A stretch of 64,000 bases of DNA. Source: Candidatus Latescibacterota bacterium. Lineage in GTDB: Bacteria > Latescibacterota > UBA2968 > UBA8231. The position numbers and the translations under genes are program-made. Position 1 is the first letter of the stretch; every line of letters starts with the position of its first letter. The notes beneath the pieces are model-generated. The model did not search any database, had not been told where the DNA came from, and saw only the letters and a program-made list of their open reading frames with translations. Positions 37,305-47,342 of this stretch are shown here, piece by piece. The DNA lies in assembly GCA_965217585.1 (NCBI GenBank), contig OZ244561.1, forward strand, positions 5,760,001-5,824,000, in the 5' to 3' direction.

Positions 37305-38261
37305 ATGCAATCCATTATTCCCAAGGGCATCCGCCCGGCCTACCCCGATGCGATCCCTGCCGCTGCTGTGCGCTCGAAGCTCGTGGAGTTGCTCGGCCTA
37401 GAAGAGATTCCCGCCGCGATCGACTACACTACAGAGGGCCGGCAAGAAGCGGGCGACCTTTGCACCATGCGAGTGAGCTACGAGAATTCGCTGGGTGAGA
37501 CCGTGCCGGGAATCCTCGTGGTGCCGAGGGAAGAATCAGCGCACAAACGGCCTGGTATTGTCTGCGTACCCGGCACCGGAGGGACGGCCGACGAGATTGC
37601 CCACCCGCGTTTTTGCGTAGCGCAGAGGCTGATGGGCTGGGCGCGCGAATTGGCGCGCCGGGGCTTTGCCACGCTGGCCATTTCCCCCAAAGGGTGCGAG
37701 GTGCGGCGCAAAAGCCTCGAAGAGTGGGCGACCGAAAACAAGCTGTTGGCACCGTACGGTCGCACGCAAATGGGCGTATTGGTCGAGGAAACTCTCAAAG
37801 GGGCGCGGCTTTTGACCGCCACCCCCGGGGTGGATCCCAACCGGATCGGACTGACCGGGATGTCGCTGGGTGGCAATGCGACTTGGTACTCAATGGCATG
37901 CGCTCCGTGGATCTGGGCAGGGGTGCCCGTCTGCGGCGGGGTGGGCAGCATGGCGCGGGCAATCCACCACGCCGCCGCAGACCGCCACAGCGCCTATTAT
38001 TTTATTCCCCATCTCCTGCGCCATTTCGACCACGCCGCCATCGTCGCGGCCTGTATGCCGCCGCGCCCCTTTATGATGATCGCTCCGACCCGGGATGAAG
38101 ACATGCCCCGCGAGGGCGTCGAAGAACTGATCCCGGTCGTCTCTCAGGCGTACGCAGAGGCGGGCTGTCCAGAGCGCTTCGAGGTCCGCCAGCCAGAAGG
38201 CAACCACGCCTTCCTCGTCGAGTACTTTGAATGGATGGCCGACTGGTTCCGCCGTGGCTAG
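37305..38261 (+). CDS. dienelactone hydrolase-like alpha/beta hydrolase
   Basis: VDP.RIG.TGMSLGG nucleophile elbow, D in TRDED and H in GNHAF. Confidence 0.8.
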   Translation: MQSIIPKGIRPAYPDAIPAAAVRSKLVELLGLEEIPAAIDYTTEGRQEAGDLCTMRVSYENSLGETVPGILVVPREESAHKRPGIVCVPGTGGTADEIAHPRFCVAQRLMGWARELARRGFATLAISPKGCEVRRKSLEEWATENKLLAPYGRTQMGVLVEETLKGARLLTATPGVDPNRIGLTGMSLGGNATWYSMACAPWIWAGVPVCGGVGSMARAIHHAAADRHSAYYFIPHLLRHFDHAAIVAACMPPRPFMMIAPTRDEDMPREGVEELIPVVSQAYAEAGCPERFEVRQPEGNHAFLVEYFEWMADWFRRG

Positions 38262-38272
38262 CCGATCCTGAC

Positions 38273-38863
38273 TTACTCTGCGTTGGCTTCGATCAATACC
38301 TGAATTTTTACTTCGTCTCCGAGCACGGCGCTGAAGCGTTCCCAGCTATTGACTCCGTAATCGGAGCAGAGTATGGAAAAATTCGTTTCTAGGCCGATCT
38401 GCGCCTTGCCACTCCGCGGATTGGTGCCGGTGCCGAGGATCTCGATGGGTAGGGTGACCTCTTTGGTGGTGCCGTGCATGGTCAGCTTGCCCTTCACGCT
38501 GAGGGTGTTTTCGCCCGTGCTGGCCGCCTCGGTGGATTCGAAGGTGATCGTGGGGTAGTCTTCGGCCCCGAAAAAGTCGTCACTTTGCAGGTGGCCATCG
38601 CGGCGTTCGTTGCCGGTGTCGATGCTCTTGACCTGAATGGTGCCGGAGAAGCTGGAGGAGTCGGGCTTGGCGGCGTCGTAGCCGATGGTGCCGCTAAAGT
38701 CACCGAAACGGCCCTTGGTGCGGCCGACGAGGTGGCGAATGCTGAAATCGACTGAAGAGTGCGCAGCATCGACCATATAGGTCTCCGCCAAGGTAGCCTC
38801 GGCGGTAAGAGCGAATGTCAGGGCGGCAACCCATGCGAAATGGAGTGCATTGGGGCGAGTCAT
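38273..38863 (-). CDS. YceI family polyisoprenoid-binding protein
   Basis: Signal peptide. Motifs D.AHS.V.F.IRH, SIDTGN..RD.HL.S.DFF and G.LT.HG.TK.V.L. Confidence 0.92.
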   Translation of the reverse strand: MTRPNALHFAWVAALTFALTAEATLAETYMVDAAHSSVDFSIRHLVGRTKGRFGDFSGTIGYDAAKPDSSSFSGTIQVKSIDTGNERRDGHLQSDDFFGAEDYPTITFESTEAASTGENTLSVKGKLTMHGTTKEVTLPIEILGTGTNPRSGKAQIGLETNFSILCSDYGVNSWERFSAVLGDEVKIQVLIEANAE

Positions 38864-38925
38864 GGAATGCTCCTTGGGCTATTGATGTGAGAGTGGATCA
38901 GGCATTTTGTACCTAGAATGCCTTT

Positions 38926-38942
38926 TGCTATACTGCTATACT
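38926..38942 (+). promoter_or_regulatory. putative extended -10 promoter (tandem TGCTATACT)
   Basis: Two overlapping TGnTATACT motifs about 70 nt upstream of ORF 39009. Confidence 0.35.
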
Positions 38943-39008
38943 AAAAATCTGGCGTAGTAAGATGTGAACCCATAGCAGCCGGGGCAAGTCGCCCGGCAGG
39001 AGACGGCG

Positions 39009-39857
39009 ATGATCAATTTCCCCCGTTCGTCCTTTACTTGGGAGGCCCATTCTTGGAAGCCGGACCCTTATTACAAGTGGCCCGGCGGCTTCGTCGGCGA
39101 GCACGGTCAGGTCTATCACGTGCGCTTCACCTTGGAGGCCCGTTGCGTGTTGCGCGACAGCGACGGGGCCGTGCTGGCCGAACTCTTTTTGGGCGCGCCC
39201 TGCCGCAGCGAATACACCATTGCCAGCGAAAACCTGTTCCAGATCCCCAGCGGCGAGTGGCGGATGGCCTTTAGCCGCTCCTCGATTCCGGCCATCGCCC
39301 AGCGGCCGAGCACGGAGCCCGAGGCGGTCAGTGCTACCTCGCTGGCGGATGCGTACCAGAATTACACCATTGACATCCGTTCCTATCCCGCATCCAAGGC
39401 GCTGGAGGAAGCCGACGCCATTGTGGCCTCGACCTTTGCCGGCGACGCGCAAAACGCCCGCTCGGTGTACCAAGACGCGGCGAGTGGTACTGAGGTCGAG
39501 CTCGAATATCCGATCAACGTCATGAACCTCAACGCGGCCGATGGCCAATACCAGATCTGTACCGGCCCGGTACTGCTGCCGGACTTGGCGACTTGGGATG
39601 GACGCGATGTGCATCGGGTCTTCGTCGCCCATGCGGCCTTCTCGCGCCGCGACCGGGTGGAGTTTATTTTGCGGCGTCCGGTGCAAGCAGCGCCGGAGGA
39701 GCGGGCGTGGCTCGACGAGCCCCGGGGCCGCGATCGGCTGGAATTGCTCGATCCCAATAACCCGCCCCCCGGCTATCCGCCTGCACGGGCCCAGCCGCTG
39801 GTGTACAACGAGATTTGGGATATGGCCGCGCACAACTCGGTGTTGCGGGCCGATTGA
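39009..39857 (+). CDS. hypothetical protein
   Basis: SD AGGAG and host-like codon usage. No family recognised. Confidence 0.65.
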   Translation: MINFPRSSFTWEAHSWKPDPYYKWPGGFVGEHGQVYHVRFTLEARCVLRDSDGAVLAELFLGAPCRSEYTIASENLFQIPSGEWRMAFSRSSIPAIAQRPSTEPEAVSATSLADAYQNYTIDIRSYPASKALEEADAIVASTFAGDAQNARSVYQDAASGTEVELEYPINVMNLNAADGQYQICTGPVLLPDLATWDGRDVHRVFVAHAAFSRRDRVEFILRRPVQAAPEERAWLDEPRGRDRLELLDPNNPPPGYPPARAQPLVYNEIWDMAAHNSVLRAD

Positions 39858-39882
39858 TTTCCAGACAGCTATCTAAAGGAGA

Positions 39883-40980
39883 TTGACCATGTATCGCGCC
39901 GCAGTTATCGGCCTAGGCTGGATGGGCCTACTCTATGATTTGGCCAGCCGGATCGGGGATCGCTTTGCAATCGACGATATCGATCGGCCCACGCCGCCGT
40001 TGGATATCCATCGCAAATTCCACCACTACGACCACCCCGGCGACGAGGGCAACCCCACCTCGTATGCCGAAGCGCTATGGGACCGGCCCGAGGTGGAGAC
40101 GGTCATCGCCGCTGACCGCGACCCCAAGCGGCTCAAAGCTTATGGCGAGCGCTATGGGGTTGAGGCACTCTACGAGGACGCCGAGGCCATGCTGCGAAAG
40201 GAGCGGCCGGCTATCGTCGCGGTATGTACCAACACCAAATACCGCGCGCATTTTACCTGTCTGGCCGTTGAGTGCGGGGCCAAGGGCATCGTCACCGAAA
40301 AGCCGATGGTGCATACGTTAGAGGAAGTGGACCGGATGGTGGGTACCTGCGCTGCGGCGGGGGTGCCCTTGTGTTGCGGGGCGATTACCACGACCCATCC
40401 TTCGTTTGCGCGGGCTAAGGAGCTGCTTGCCGAAGGGGCGATCGGCGAGTTGGTGTCGATCGAGGCCTCAGGCGCTGGGGCGCAGCATCAGAACTGGTCG
40501 TATTTCCTCGATGCTCCCCCAGCGTGGGTGGTCGGCACGGGGGATCAGCCGCGGCGGGAGTCGGGCAGCGACGAGTTCGCCGGTCAGGGGATGTTGGTGG
40601 CTGCGGACGGGACGGTGGTGCATTTCCGCAAGGGAGCACCGGGGGTGCGGTTGTGCGGCGAGCGCGGGGAGATGGTCTTCGACTATGGCAAGGGATGGCG
40701 GTTGTGGCAGCAGGTGGAAGGGCCAGCGGGGCCAGCGGTGGCGGAGCTGGATTGGCCGCAGCCGCAGTTCAATGTGCCGTATGGAGCGGTGTATTGCGTG
40801 GATGATGTGATGCGGTGTTTGGCCGGGGAGATGGAGGAGCCGAAGAATTCGGGACGGCGAGTGGGAGTGGCGTTAGAGGTAGAGGTGGCGTTGAAGGTTT
40901 CCTCAGCGCAGGGTGGGGAGCGAGTGGAGTTGCCGTTGCAGGATCGGTCGTTGGGGTTGAATTACGACTGGTTTCGCTAG
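39883..40980 (+). CDS. Gfo/Idh/MocA family oxidoreductase
   Basis: Motifs AAVIGLGWMG, EKPM and G.IGEL. Start is 39883 (TTG) or 39889 (ATG). Confidence 0.85.
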   Translation: MTMYRAAVIGLGWMGLLYDLASRIGDRFAIDDIDRPTPPLDIHRKFHHYDHPGDEGNPTSYAEALWDRPEVETVIAADRDPKRLKAYGERYGVEALYEDAEAMLRKERPAIVAVCTNTKYRAHFTCLAVECGAKGIVTEKPMVHTLEEVDRMVGTCAAAGVPLCCGAITTTHPSFARAKELLAEGAIGELVSIEASGAGAQHQNWSYFLDAPPAWVVGTGDQPRRESGSDEFAGQGMLVAADGTVVHFRKGAPGVRLCGERGEMVFDYGKGWRLWQQVEGPAGPAVAELDWPQPQFNVPYGAVYCVDDVMRCLAGEMEEPKNSGRRVGVALEVEVALKVSSAQGGERVELPLQDRSLGLNYDWFR

Positions 40981-40992
40981 CCGGTACGGGCA

Positions 40993-41556
40993 TCAGCCTA
41001 GGCGTTTGATCTGAAAGTCCCGAAAGCGGATCCAGTGCTCGGCGTTCTCGGGGCCGTTGTAGCACTGGATGCTGACTTGATCGTCGCCGGGTGGGGGCAA
41101 CTCACCTCGCTCCGCGGTGTGGAATTGGTCCTCGCCCTCGGGCCGGTACTGGGCCTCCCAAGAGTCGGCGGTGACAAGGAGGCGCAGGCGCACGCTCTGG
41201 GTGGGCATGGGCTTGCGGCCGGGAATAATGTAGAGATCGCCGTCGATTAGTTCCTTGACTTGCTTGAAGATAGGCTCGCCGTTTTGGTACCAAGTGATGC
41301 CAGCCTGCTCGTACTGCTGGATGGGGTGGGTGTGGTTGTACACCGTCACTTCTATGGCCCAGGACCCTTCGCTGCGATCTGGGGCTGGGCGCAACAGCGC
41401 GTTTTGCACAGTCGCGGCCACACCCGGTTCGACGCGAATTTCCAGTCCGTCTTGCAAGCGCCAAAAGCCGGGATGTTCGCGCAGCCAGGTCCATTCGGGA
41501 TCGAGGGTGCCGTCGAAAGCATCGGAAAAGACGAGTTCTTCGCGCGCTGTAGTCAT
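40993..41556 (-). CDS. hypothetical ConA-like beta-sandwich protein (DUF1349-like)
   Basis: Motifs D.F.G.L...W.W.RE, YEQAG..WY and W..F.DF.I. Confidence 0.55.
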   Translation of the reverse strand: MTTAREELVFSDAFDGTLDPEWTWLREHPGFWRLQDGLEIRVEPGVAATVQNALLRPAPDRSEGSWAIEVTVYNHTHPIQQYEQAGITWYQNGEPIFKQVKELIDGDLYIIPGRKPMPTQSVRLRLLVTADSWEAQYRPEGEDQFHTAERGELPPPGDDQVSIQCYNGPENAEHWIRFRDFQIKRLG

Positions 41557-41782
41557 GTTTACTCCTTGGTTTCTCGTTCGTGTAATTCAGAACAATTGGG
41601 GCCTAACCGGCCTTATTATTTATGGGGCTTGATGCGCGCTGTCAATAAGGTGTTCGATGATCCTTGCCTTGGCTTCATTGGCGGGATACAGTATTGGGCG
41701 CAAATTTCACCACGAGGTGTTCCGTGATCGGCGAAGGGAAATTCTGCCGCCGATCCGTTCGACCGCATCAAGGAGTGGCCCC

Positions 41783-43225
41783 ATGTTGGATATAGGCGAC
41801 AGGAAGCAGCTTTTTATCGACGAGCGGTTTTTTGCTGAGTGCGAGGGAATCGCGCTGCGAATGGGGACGCCGGTGCAGCATCCAGAGCCGGTGTTGCGGC
41901 CGGATCGGGCGTGGGAGGATTGGGGGATTGGGGCGTACAATACGGTGTGGCGAGAAACGGATGGCCGGTGGCGGATGTGGTACGACGCGACCATGCAAAC
42001 GGGCTTGCCGATGGAGGGGGCGCGGCGGCTGGGCTACGCAGAATCCGCGGATGGACTGCATTGGGAAAAGCCAGTGCTGGGCCTAGTGGAATTTCGCGGC
42101 AGCCGGGCCAATAATATCGTCGTGCCGTTGGTCGAGCAGCAAAGCATGCAGGGGGCGACCGTCTTGCGCGACGAGCGGGCGGCAGCCGAGGAACGCTACA
42201 AGCTGTGGACCAAGTTCCAGCCGACTGATGAAGAGCGGGCACAGGGCATCGAGCCGGGGCTGTGGGCGATGCACTCGGCCGATGGGCTGCACTGGCAGTA
42301 CTATCCAGACCAGCCGAATCCGCCGCGGACGATGTGCGACACGCAGAATATGTTTTTCTGGGACGACCGGCTTGGACTATACGTGGGCTATACGCGGGTT
42401 AGGGAGACCCAGCACTTATCCGAAGCAGCCGAGGGCCGGGGATCGTACCGCTGCGTTGGGCGGATGACCTCGCCCGATTTTAGGCATTGGTCCGCCCAAG
42501 AGATCGTCTTTGAAGCGGATGAGGAGGATTTGCAGATTCCGGTGCCGTTCCAGCGCGACGATCCCCGGCCCAATATCGACTTTTACACCAGTTGTGCCAC
42601 CAAGTACGACGCGGCGCAGGACGCCTATTTCATGCTGCCGGCCGCGTACTATCACTGGGGCGAGGATGACTTCCCGGCGACCATGGACGTGCAGTTGCTC
42701 AGCAGCCGCGACGGCATTGACTGGCGACGGCAGGGGGAGCGCCGGGCCTTTTTGCGCCAGGGCTGGGACGGCGGACTGCTGAGCGGGATGCTGTTTGCCA
42801 ATCCGTGGTTTATTCCGGTGGGGGACGAGCTGTGGCTGTATTATAACGGCACCGCGCGGCGGCACGGCAGCGGGGAGGACCAGCGGCAGTCGCGAGCGAG
42901 TGGAATTTTTCGCGCCTCGTTGCGGCTAGATGGGTTTGTGGCAGCGACGGCCGGCTATGGCGGCGGGTCTTTCACGACGCCGCTGTTGCAATTTGCTGGC
43001 GAGCGGTTGGTGGTGAACTTTGACGGCGGGGCTGGAGGATGGTTGCGAGTGGAAGTGCTGGATGAAAACGGGCAAGCGGTACAGGTGTCCGAGGCGGTGA
43101 TGGGCAATGGGGTGCATAAAGAGGTGAGTTGGCGGGAGCCCATCGGGAAGCTGGCGGGCACGCCAGTGCGGTTGCGCTTTGAGATGCGGGACGCGCGGCT
43201 CTACGCATTGCAGTTTTTGCGTTGA
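41783..43225 (+). CDS. glycoside hydrolase-like five-bladed beta-propeller protein (GH32/GH43 clan-like)
   Basis: SD AAGGAG before ATG 41783. Motifs QLFID, YAES.DG.HWEKP.LG, S.DG..W repeats and LRLDGF. Confidence 0.7.
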   Translation: MLDIGDRKQLFIDERFFAECEGIALRMGTPVQHPEPVLRPDRAWEDWGIGAYNTVWRETDGRWRMWYDATMQTGLPMEGARRLGYAESADGLHWEKPVLGLVEFRGSRANNIVVPLVEQQSMQGATVLRDERAAAEERYKLWTKFQPTDEERAQGIEPGLWAMHSADGLHWQYYPDQPNPPRTMCDTQNMFFWDDRLGLYVGYTRVRETQHLSEAAEGRGSYRCVGRMTSPDFRHWSAQEIVFEADEEDLQIPVPFQRDDPRPNIDFYTSCATKYDAAQDAYFMLPAAYYHWGEDDFPATMDVQLLSSRDGIDWRRQGERRAFLRQGWDGGLLSGMLFANPWFIPVGDELWLYYNGTARRHGSGEDQRQSRASGIFRASLRLDGFVAATAGYGGGSFTTPLLQFAGERLVVNFDGGAGGWLRVEVLDENGQAVQVSEAVMGNGVHKEVSWREPIGKLAGTPVRLRFEMRDARLYALQFLR

Positions 43226-43288
43226 GGAGTGGATTTTCTTGACCGGGACGATCTTATTGGGCTTATTTTATTGATAAAGGAGACTATC

Positions 43289-43507
43289 ATGCAGATCATC
43301 CGCGTAAAGACCAAAAAGGAAGCGCTCCGTGAGGTCCAGAGGCGCAAGAGTACGCCGGAAGGGGCGGGATTGATTTATAAAATCGTCAAGTCTCGCTATG
43401 GCACCGGGTTTAAAATCATGGCCATGGACCCAGAGTTGTACGTGGATATGCTGATGATCCTTCCTCAATTCAAGAACCGCTTGCGGATGGAAAGGGTGAG
43501 TTCATAA
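43289..43507 (+). CDS. small basic hypothetical protein
   Basis: SD AAGGAG before ATG 43289. Lower GC. Stop overlaps the next start. Confidence 0.55.
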   Translation: MQIIRVKTKKEALREVQRRKSTPEGAGLIYKIVKSRYGTGFKIMAMDPELYVDMLMILPQFKNRLRMERVSS

Positions 43508-43911
43508 TGGCGTCTCAGCCTGACGAGACCGGCGATGGCGGCGAAGCGCAAGAGGTTGTTCCTGTTGACGATAGGCAATTCGCCGAACTAATTGCCGAAC
43601 AGCGGGAACGGAATGCGATTGTAGCCCGCGCTTTGGAAATTAGCCAACAAGAGACCCAACTTGATTACGATTTGGCCGTCAAAGAGCTAGAGATAGAAGA
43701 CGAACAAAACAAGAGGGCGTACCGACTAGTGAAGCTAATCGTCAGCGGTTTTGCGCTCGTATTATTTCTGCTGCTGTACATGGTGTTCTATGGAAGCGAG
43801 GCCCAAACCGGCAAGGCTGAAAAAATACTGCTCGTGATACTTATATTAGTCAGTGGTGCTTCTTTGCGTGATTTGATAGGCAGGGTTCTAAAACGCCTCA
43901 TCAATCGCTAA
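43507..43911 (+). CDS. hypothetical protein with coiled coil and two transmembrane helices
   Basis: TAATG overlap. Acidic helical N-terminus followed by two hydrophobic segments. Confidence 0.6.
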   Translation: MASQPDETGDGGEAQEVVPVDDRQFAELIAEQRERNAIVARALEISQQETQLDYDLAVKELEIEDEQNKRAYRLVKLIVSGFALVLFLLLYMVFYGSEAQTGKAEKILLVILILVSGASLRDLIGRVLKRLINR

Positions 43912-43931
43912 CTCCTAGAGATTGTTATCCT

Positions 43932-43986
43932 CCCCCATTGGCGTCCGTTCCTGATAGGAGTGGGCTGCCGCTGGGGGTTATTTTTT
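43932..43986 (+). terminator. long hairpin with U-tract
   Basis: Imperfect stem CCCCCATTGGCGTCCGTTCCT-GAT-AGGAGTGGGCTGCCGCTGGGGG followed by TTATTTTTT. Confidence 0.5.
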
Positions 43987-44027
43987 GTCGATCACTTGTC
44001 GGCGCACCTACGAGAAAGGGACGAAAA

Positions 44028-44852
44028 ATGAAGTTAGGGATTTTCCACAAAGTCTTTGCGCGGCCGACGCTGGAGGAGAGCTTGGACGGGGTGCAGGCCG
44101 CTGGGTTAGAGGCTGTGCAGCTCGATTTGACGGCTGCGGGGATCGATCCGGCGACGCTGACGGACGCCGATTGCGGGCGCATTCGCGCTGCGCACGCAAC
44201 GCGGGGGATTGAGATCGCCGCGCTGTCGGGGACTTTTAATATCATCGACCCCGACTTGGAAAAGCGCCGCGCCGGGATGCGCTGGCTCACCGTGCAGGCC
44301 GCTGCGAGCGGCAAGTTGGGGACGGAGTTGATTACCTTTTCCACCGGAACGCGCAACCCCGACTATATGTGGGGAGGCCATCCCGACAACAGCACGCCGG
44401 TCGCTTGGGCCGATATGGTCGCGGCCATGGAGGAGGCCGTGGCGATTGCCGAAGCGCAGGGCGCAACCCTCGTGTTCGAGCCGGAGGTTAACAATGTGGT
44501 GGATTCGGCGCGCAAGGCGCGGCGCTTGCTCGATGAGGTCCGGTCCAAGCATTTGCAGGTGGTTATCGACGGGGCCAACCTGTTCCACGCTGGCCAGCTA
44601 CCGAGGATGCGCGAGATCTTAGACGAGGCGTTCGACCTGCTTGGGGATTCGATTCGGTTGGCCCACGCCAAGGACTTGGAGCAGGACGGCGACGCCGGGC
44701 ACCAAGCCGCGGGCACGGGTGTGCTCGACTATGATCGCTACTTGGCGCTCTTGCGGCAGATCGGCTTTGACGGGTCGTTAATATTGCACAGTCTCGAAGA
44801 AGAACAGGTGGCGGCGTCAGCGGCTTTTGTGCGCGAGCGCATGAACACTTGA
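44028..44852 (+). CDS. sugar phosphate isomerase/epimerase (TIM barrel)
   Basis: Motifs FEPE..NVV, V.D.ANL, LAHAKD and G.G.LDY..Y. Confidence 0.82.
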   Translation: MKLGIFHKVFARPTLEESLDGVQAAGLEAVQLDLTAAGIDPATLTDADCGRIRAAHATRGIEIAALSGTFNIIDPDLEKRRAGMRWLTVQAAASGKLGTELITFSTGTRNPDYMWGGHPDNSTPVAWADMVAAMEEAVAIAEAQGATLVFEPEVNNVVDSARKARRLLDEVRSKHLQVVIDGANLFHAGQLPRMREILDEAFDLLGDSIRLAHAKDLEQDGDAGHQAAGTGVLDYDRYLALLRQIGFDGSLILHSLEEEQVAASAAFVRERMNT

Positions 44853-44866
44853 GAAAGGAACGAGAG

Positions 44867-45895
44867 ATGTCTGAAGGCAAATTGCGCGCGGCCGTTATTG
44901 GCGCTGGCGTGGGTGGGGGTCATGGATACGCATACGCCCGCGCCCCGGAATACGAATTCGTGGCGGTCTGCGACATAAACCCGGAGGTGCTCACGCGCTT
45001 TTACGAGCGGGCCGAGATCGAGCGAGGATCAGTCGCCGAATACGCGGATTACCGCGCGATGTTGGAGCGGGAACGCCTCGACGTGGTGAGCGTGGCCACC
45101 CCGGATCACCTCCACGTCGACCCGGTTTGCGATGCGGTGGCCGCAGGCGTGCGCGGCATTTTTTGCGAGAAGCCGCTGGCGACTACTGCGGAGGACGCCG
45201 ACCGCATCATCGACGCCCTCGCTCGCCACAACGCGGTGTTGTCAGTGGATCACACGCGCAGTTGGCTGCCTTCCTATCAGGCCGTGCGCGCGGCCATCCG
45301 TAGCGGCGAGATCGGCAGCCTGACGAGGATTGTGGCGCATCTCGGAGGTCGGCGCGCCATGCTCTTTCGCAATGGGACTCACTTGGTAGATGCGGTCTGC
45401 TTTTTTGCGGATGCCGAGCCGGTGTGGGTGATCGCCACGCACGAGCGCGGGTTTGAAGACTACGGCCCGGTGTACGACGGCCGGGGCGGCAAAGATCCGC
45501 AATTCGATCCCGGATCGACGATCATCGTGGAGTTTGCCAATGGGGTGCGTGGGCTGATCAACTGCGCCAAGCGGACGCCGCAGATGTTCGAACTGGATTT
45601 ACAGGGCACGGACGGTCGCTTCTGGATGACCGATCAGCAGTGCATGGCCTGGAAGACCGATGCCCCTGAGGGGATGCCCGAGGTGGTGTCGCCGCCGCCG
45701 GGTCGCGGTTATGCCAGTCCTTTTGGCGCGAACTTGATTCCGGCTGTGCAGGAGCTGGCGCAGGCGATACAGGGCGAGGTGCCTAGTTCGTCGCCGGCGG
45801 TGCGCGGCCGACACGTGCTGGAGATCATGGTGGCTGCGCTGCGGTCGCAGGTCGAAGGCAGTGCGAAGGTGGAACTGCCGCTGCCGAGGGGATGA
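44867..45895 (+). CDS. Gfo/Idh/MocA family oxidoreductase
   Basis: Motifs AAVIGAG, VSVATPDH.H, FCEKPLA and NGTH..D. Confidence 0.9.
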   Translation: MSEGKLRAAVIGAGVGGGHGYAYARAPEYEFVAVCDINPEVLTRFYERAEIERGSVAEYADYRAMLERERLDVVSVATPDHLHVDPVCDAVAAGVRGIFCEKPLATTAEDADRIIDALARHNAVLSVDHTRSWLPSYQAVRAAIRSGEIGSLTRIVAHLGGRRAMLFRNGTHLVDAVCFFADAEPVWVIATHERGFEDYGPVYDGRGGKDPQFDPGSTIIVEFANGVRGLINCAKRTPQMFELDLQGTDGRFWMTDQQCMAWKTDAPEGMPEVVSPPPGRGYASPFGANLIPAVQELAQAIQGEVPSSSPAVRGRHVLEIMVAALRSQVEGSAKVELPLPRG

Positions 45896-45900
45896 CGAAG

Positions 45901-45973
45901 CTACGCAGCCTGTCCGCGCATCATCGCCAGAAACCGCTGAGCATTCCCGGCAAAGTGATCTTCGATTTCCGCG
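45901..45973 (-). repeat. displaced duplicate of the amidohydrolase 3' end (60-bp direct repeat 45914-45973 = 47353-47412)
   Basis: 59/60 identity. On the minus strand it reads AEIEDHFAGNAQRFLAMMRG and then QAA*. Confidence 0.92.
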
Positions 45974-46001
45974 AGAGGGTGGGAGACTAGGGGCAATCCC
46001 T

Positions 46002-47264
46002 TTACGGCTTGCCGATCAGGACGATCCGATTAGTGTTGGTGCCTTTTTTGCGGTTGTCCACGCCCCAGCAGTTTGCGGTTTTGGTGAACATCTGATCGTT
46101 GACCAAAACCATCAGCGGCTTGAGGCCGGCCTCCATGGCCGCGGGCACGACGAGGGTTTCCAGTAGGATTTTGCCATTGCGGACCTCGCCCACCTCAAAG
46201 GCAACAAAGCCCCCGTTTGCGAGGACCCGGCGCAACTCTCGGAAGGTGCGGGTCATCGCGGCTTGCCAGTCCGCTGGTTTTTTCAATTGCCATATAGCCA
46301 CCTCCTTGGCGTCGATGCCGTTAAACCAGCAGCGCAGCCAGTTGTCTGCTTGGTAGTTGACGATGTCCAAAAAGGGCGGCGAGGTAACGGCGAGTTGGAT
46401 GGATTCACTGACGATGGCGGAGGTATTGTCGGACGAGCTAGTTACGAGCAGGGGGATATTCGCCGTCAGCGTTTCCAGATCGTGTGCTTGCAGCTTGCTC
46501 AGTAAGGATCGCGTCTTGCGGAGGATGATGGCCTTTATGTCGCGTTCAGGCGGCACTTGAGCGCGTTTTTGGTTGATGCGTTTCTGCGACTCGATGGACA
46601 CCGCCTGATTAGGCGGCAGCGTATATACGGAGAAAAATCCCGGCGAGTGCCCGGTCAGGCGGTTGGTCGCCACCATCTGAATCCACGCATCGACGCTATC
46701 GAGTGGCCCTTCTTGGCAGCGCGTGAGGAGGTAGGAGCGCAGGTTGACGATTTGGCGGAGAGTATTAGGGTGATAAAAAATAAGGAGATCGTCCCAGACC
46801 TCGCTCGATTGATCGAGGTCCAGCGCCGTCAAGCGCGTTTCTACCTCGTTCCATGCGGGTGGATCTAGGCGAGGGCGGACTAGGCGCTCGCTGAGAGGAT
46901 TTATGTCGCAGCCAATGGGGCGGCGGCCCAACAGCGCCGCTTCGAGGACAGTGGTGCCGCGCCCCATGAACGGGTCGTACACCGCGTCGTCGGGTTGCGT
47001 CAGGCGGCTAATGAAAAACCTCGGCAATTGCGGCTTGAAACAGGCGCGATAGGAGACCTCGTGGAGCGAGTGGGCGGCGCGCTGTTTGGAGGTCCAGAAC
47101 TCGTTGACGTACACCGGAATGGAAATGGCGGGATCGGGAAAGTCGAGGATGTTCGTCTCTTTGCCAAAATCCGCAAAGGCTTGGATTTCGGCGGCGAATT
47201 CCTTGGCGTTTAGGGGCCGTAGTCGAGGAGGCTTATGGGGGAATATGGGCTGTTGTTGATTCAC
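46002..47264 (-). CDS. orphan amino-DNA methyltransferase (N4C/N6A; motif I precedes motif IV)
   Basis: SAM-binding YDPFMGRGTT and catalytic VTSPPF. Start is probably GTG 47264. No cognate restriction enzyme adjacent. Confidence 0.85.
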   Translation of the reverse strand: MNQQQPIFPHKPPRLRPLNAKEFAAEIQAFADFGKETNILDFPDPAISIPVYVNEFWTSKQRAAHSLHEVSYRACFKPQLPRFFISRLTQPDDAVYDPFMGRGTTVLEAALLGRRPIGCDINPLSERLVRPRLDPPAWNEVETRLTALDLDQSSEVWDDLLIFYHPNTLRQIVNLRSYLLTRCQEGPLDSVDAWIQMVATNRLTGHSPGFFSVYTLPPNQAVSIESQKRINQKRAQVPPERDIKAIILRKTRSLLSKLQAHDLETLTANIPLLVTSSSDNTSAIVSESIQLAVTSPPFLDIVNYQADNWLRCWFNGIDAKEVAIWQLKKPADWQAAMTRTFRELRRVLANGGFVAFEVGEVRNGKILLETLVVPAAMEAGLKPLMVLVNDQMFTKTANCWGVDNRKKGTNTNRIVLIGKP

Positions 47265-47342
47265 CCCGGTCTCCAGATAGATTCTAAAGTATAAATCTGT
47301 GCTTCTTGAAGCACACTGACGCAAGCGGGCGGCAGGACCATA

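Noticed and set aside
41700-41760. GATCGGCG...CGCCGATC inverted repeat upstream of the propeller hydrolase as an ncRNA
   Set aside because: A single 8-bp stem in GC-rich DNA is not enough evidence.
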